Source: an uncultured Nitrospinota bacterium
GTDB lineage: Bacteria; Tectomicrobia; Entotheonellia; J063; CAVPRW01
Direction of reading: 5' to 3'
NCBI GenBank assembly: GCA_963707985.1
Contig: CAVPRW010000008.1
Coordinates: 64,001-128,000, forward strand
Length of the DNA: 64,000 nt
The notes under the pieces are model-generated. The model did no database searches. It saw only the letters and a program-made list of their open reading frames with translations, and was not told the DNA's origin. This document shows positions 62,223-64,000 of the stretch, piece by piece; position 1 is the stretch's first letter, and each line of letters opens with the position of its first letter. Made by a program: the position numbers and the translations under genes.

Positions 62223-62379
62223 CAGCCAAATCAGCGGCGACACACAGGCGGAGGCACGCTCTCCCTGCACACCCGTGTAGCTCATTGTGGTGGTTTTCTG
62301 TTGGCCTGTGGGCAGGGGTCATGTATCCTGGAGTCTCGATAACCGTGGACAGCCACGACTCATCAGACGAGGATCAGCC

Positions 62380-63240
62380 ATGAAACCCAGTGCACGTTTT
62401 CGTCAATTATTGACCCAACCAGGCTTGATCATGGCACCAGGCGCCTATGACGGCCTCTCGACCAAACTCATCGAACAGGCGGGGTTCGATGTCGTGTACG
62501 CCACCGGCGGGGGGATTTCCAGAAGCTGTGGCTACCCCGACGTCGGCCTGCTGACCATGACGGAAGTGCTCATGCATCTACGCTGCATCGTCGAAGCCAC
62601 AGCCCTACCGGTGATCGGAGATTGTGACACCGGATACGGCAATGCTCTGAACGTCATGCGCGCGGTGCGAGAGTTCGAGCGTGCTGGCGTGGCAGCATTT
62701 CATCTGGAGGATCAGATCACCCCGAAACGCTGTGGGCACTATGAAGGCAAGGAAGTGGTCTCATGCACAGAGATGTGCAAAAAGCTTGAGGCTGCCCTGG
62801 AGGCCCGTTCGGATCCCGATCTGGTGATCATCGCCCGCACCGACGCCCGTGCGATGCATGGGCTCGACGATGCCATTCGGCGCGGCCAAGAGTATGCTCG
62901 GGTGGGGGCCGATATGATCTTCGTCGAGGCGCCGCGTGACCGTGATGAGCTCAAACGCGTTGTGGATGCTATCGACCGTCCGCTCGTCGCCAATATGGTC
63001 AAGGGTGGCAAAACACCGCTTCTCTCAGCCGCCGAGCTAGAAGCGTTGGGATACAAGCTGGCGATCTTCGCCTCTGACGTCCAGCGCGCGGCGATCTATG
63101 GGATGCGCGAGGTGCTGAAGGTCATGAAGCGTGACGGCACTCCGGAGCATTTCTCTCAGACCATCGACTTCCCCGAGCGCGATATCATCATCGGCCTGGA
63201 GCAGATCGAAGCACTGGAAGAGCGCTTCCTGCGTCTATAA
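62380..63240 (+). CDS. Isocitrate lyase/PEP mutase family enzyme (PrpB / 2,3-dimethylmalate lyase-like)
   Basis: PGAYD, DCDTGYG, EDQITPKRCGH, IARTDA and GGKTP. Confidence 0.9.
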   Translation: MKPSARFRQLLTQPGLIMAPGAYDGLSTKLIEQAGFDVVYATGGGISRSCGYPDVGLLTMTEVLMHLRCIVEATALPVIGDCDTGYGNALNVMRAVREFERAGVAAFHLEDQITPKRCGHYEGKEVVSCTEMCKKLEAALEARSDPDLVIIARTDARAMHGLDDAIRRGQEYARVGADMIFVEAPRDRDELKRVVDAIDRPLVANMVKGGKTPLLSAAELEALGYKLAIFASDVQRAAIYGMREVLKVMKRDGTPEHFSQTIDFPERDIIIGLEQIEALEERFLRL

Positions 63241-63256
63241 GCCCTGGAGAACGGCT

Positions 63257-64000
63257 ATGACGAATCGCAATCTGGATGCCGCCTGGAGCTACCACAATAG
63301 CACCAAGCATTCCTACGATAGCATCCACACCGATGCACATTACCTGGACTGGGAGAACCAACCGCTACCGTTTAAAATCTACCAGACGCTGGATCCCATA
63401 GCATTGCCACAGGATCTGCCATCCTCGGGTGTGCCAGCGCTGTCGGCGGTGTCGGCCGTCAATCCTCCGGTCGAGGTGTCCTCGATTCCTCCCCTGTCCA
63501 TGCGGTTATTGGCCAGCCTGCTGTATTTCAGCGCCGGCATCACCAAGCGGAAACCCTATCCCGGTGGCGAAATCCTCTTCCGTGCCGCGGCCTGCACAGG
63601 GGCGTTGTATCACATCGAGTTGTACCTGGTTTGCGGAGACTTGCCGGAATTGCGGGCAGGGGTGTACCATTTCGGTCCAGGGGACTTCGCTCTCCGGTGC
63701 TTGCGCCAGGGCGATTATCGCCAACTCGTGGTGCAGGCCAGCGGTGGTGAGTCGGCCGTGGCCGAGGCGCCGCTCACCGTCATCTGCACGGGCACCTTCT
63801 GGCGCAATGCCTGGAAGTACCGGGCACGTACCTACCGGCATTGTTTCTGGGACACTGGCACCATGCTTGCCAACCTGCTGGCCATGTCTGCCGCGCACGC
63901 GGTGCCGGCCAAAGTGGTCATGGGATTTGTCGATGACACCATCAATCGCCTCCTGGGGCTCGATACTGAGCGCGAGGTGGCACTGGCATTGGTCACGCTG
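63257..64000 (+). CDS. SagB/ThcOx-type nitroreductase-fold protein, partial (not in the ORF track; runs off the window end)
   Basis: RBS ggag. MTNRNLDAAWSYHNSTKH...LDWENQPLPFKIY...FRAAACTGALYHIELY...GVYHF...WRNAWKYRARTYRHCFWDTG is open to the window end. Confidence 0.88.
   Translation, partial: MTNRNLDAAWSYHNSTKHSYDSIHTDAHYLDWENQPLPFKIYQTLDPIALPQDLPSSGVPALSAVSAVNPPVEVSSIPPLSMRLLASLLYFSAGITKRKPYPGGEILFRAAACTGALYHIELYLVCGDLPELRAGVYHFGPGDFALRCLRQGDYRQLVVQASGGESAVAEAPLTVICTGTFWRNAWKYRARTYRHCFWDTGTMLANLLAMSAAHAVPAKVVMGFVDDTINRLLGLDTEREVALALVTL

Noticed and set aside
61321..62280. 319-aa plus-strand ORF
   Set aside because: Antisense shadow of the LLM gene.
63506..63898. 130-aa minus-strand ORF
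   Set aside because: Antisense to the SagB-type gene, which is open on + from 63257.
63257..64000. SagB-type gene as evidence of a RiPP (azole) cluster
   Set aside because: No YcaO or precursor peptide is present in the window, and stand-alone members are common. The downstream sequence is not visible.

Overview
Bacterial chromosome segment of roughly 59-60% GC (estimated by eye), probably from an uncultured lineage. The combination of cofGH, an LLM oxidoreductase, an Ltp2/DUF35 pair, CIRCE and sigma54-type promoters would fit Candidatus Tectomicrobia or a similar diderm, but that is inference only. 1-14.3 kb is a surface-glycan region: a two-domain GT4, a methyltransferase with a long 11/22-residue-repeat coiled coil, a GT-C-like membrane protein, further methyltransferases, an SDR, an NDP-sugar dehydratase, a GNAT, and ArnC-like and ArnB-like genes. 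14.4-20.9 kb is a partly decayed accessory island of exported proteins: a secretin-N-like protein, a SurA-N-like chaperone, two orphan secreted proteins, an S8 protease, and remnants of a second protease, a second chaperone and an IS110. 21-41 kb is mostly housekeeping (sat, folK, slt, secDF-yajC, glnB-glnA, groEL, purHD, rsmE, prmA, MEMO1, NUDIX). 41-64 kb holds a YcnI/CopD-like copper trio, greA, an AOR plus ThDP decarboxylase operon, bshB1, a Cys-less thioredoxin behind a sigma54-type promoter, an M20 amidohydrolase, Ltp2/DUF35, cofGH, LLM, an ICL/PEP-mutase family gene and a partial SagB-type gene. Eight reading-frame breaks in six otherwise intact genes are all single-base insertions and are most likely sequencing errors. 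No rRNA, tRNA or CRISPR array was recognised. All product calls come from motif recognition; no database search was run.
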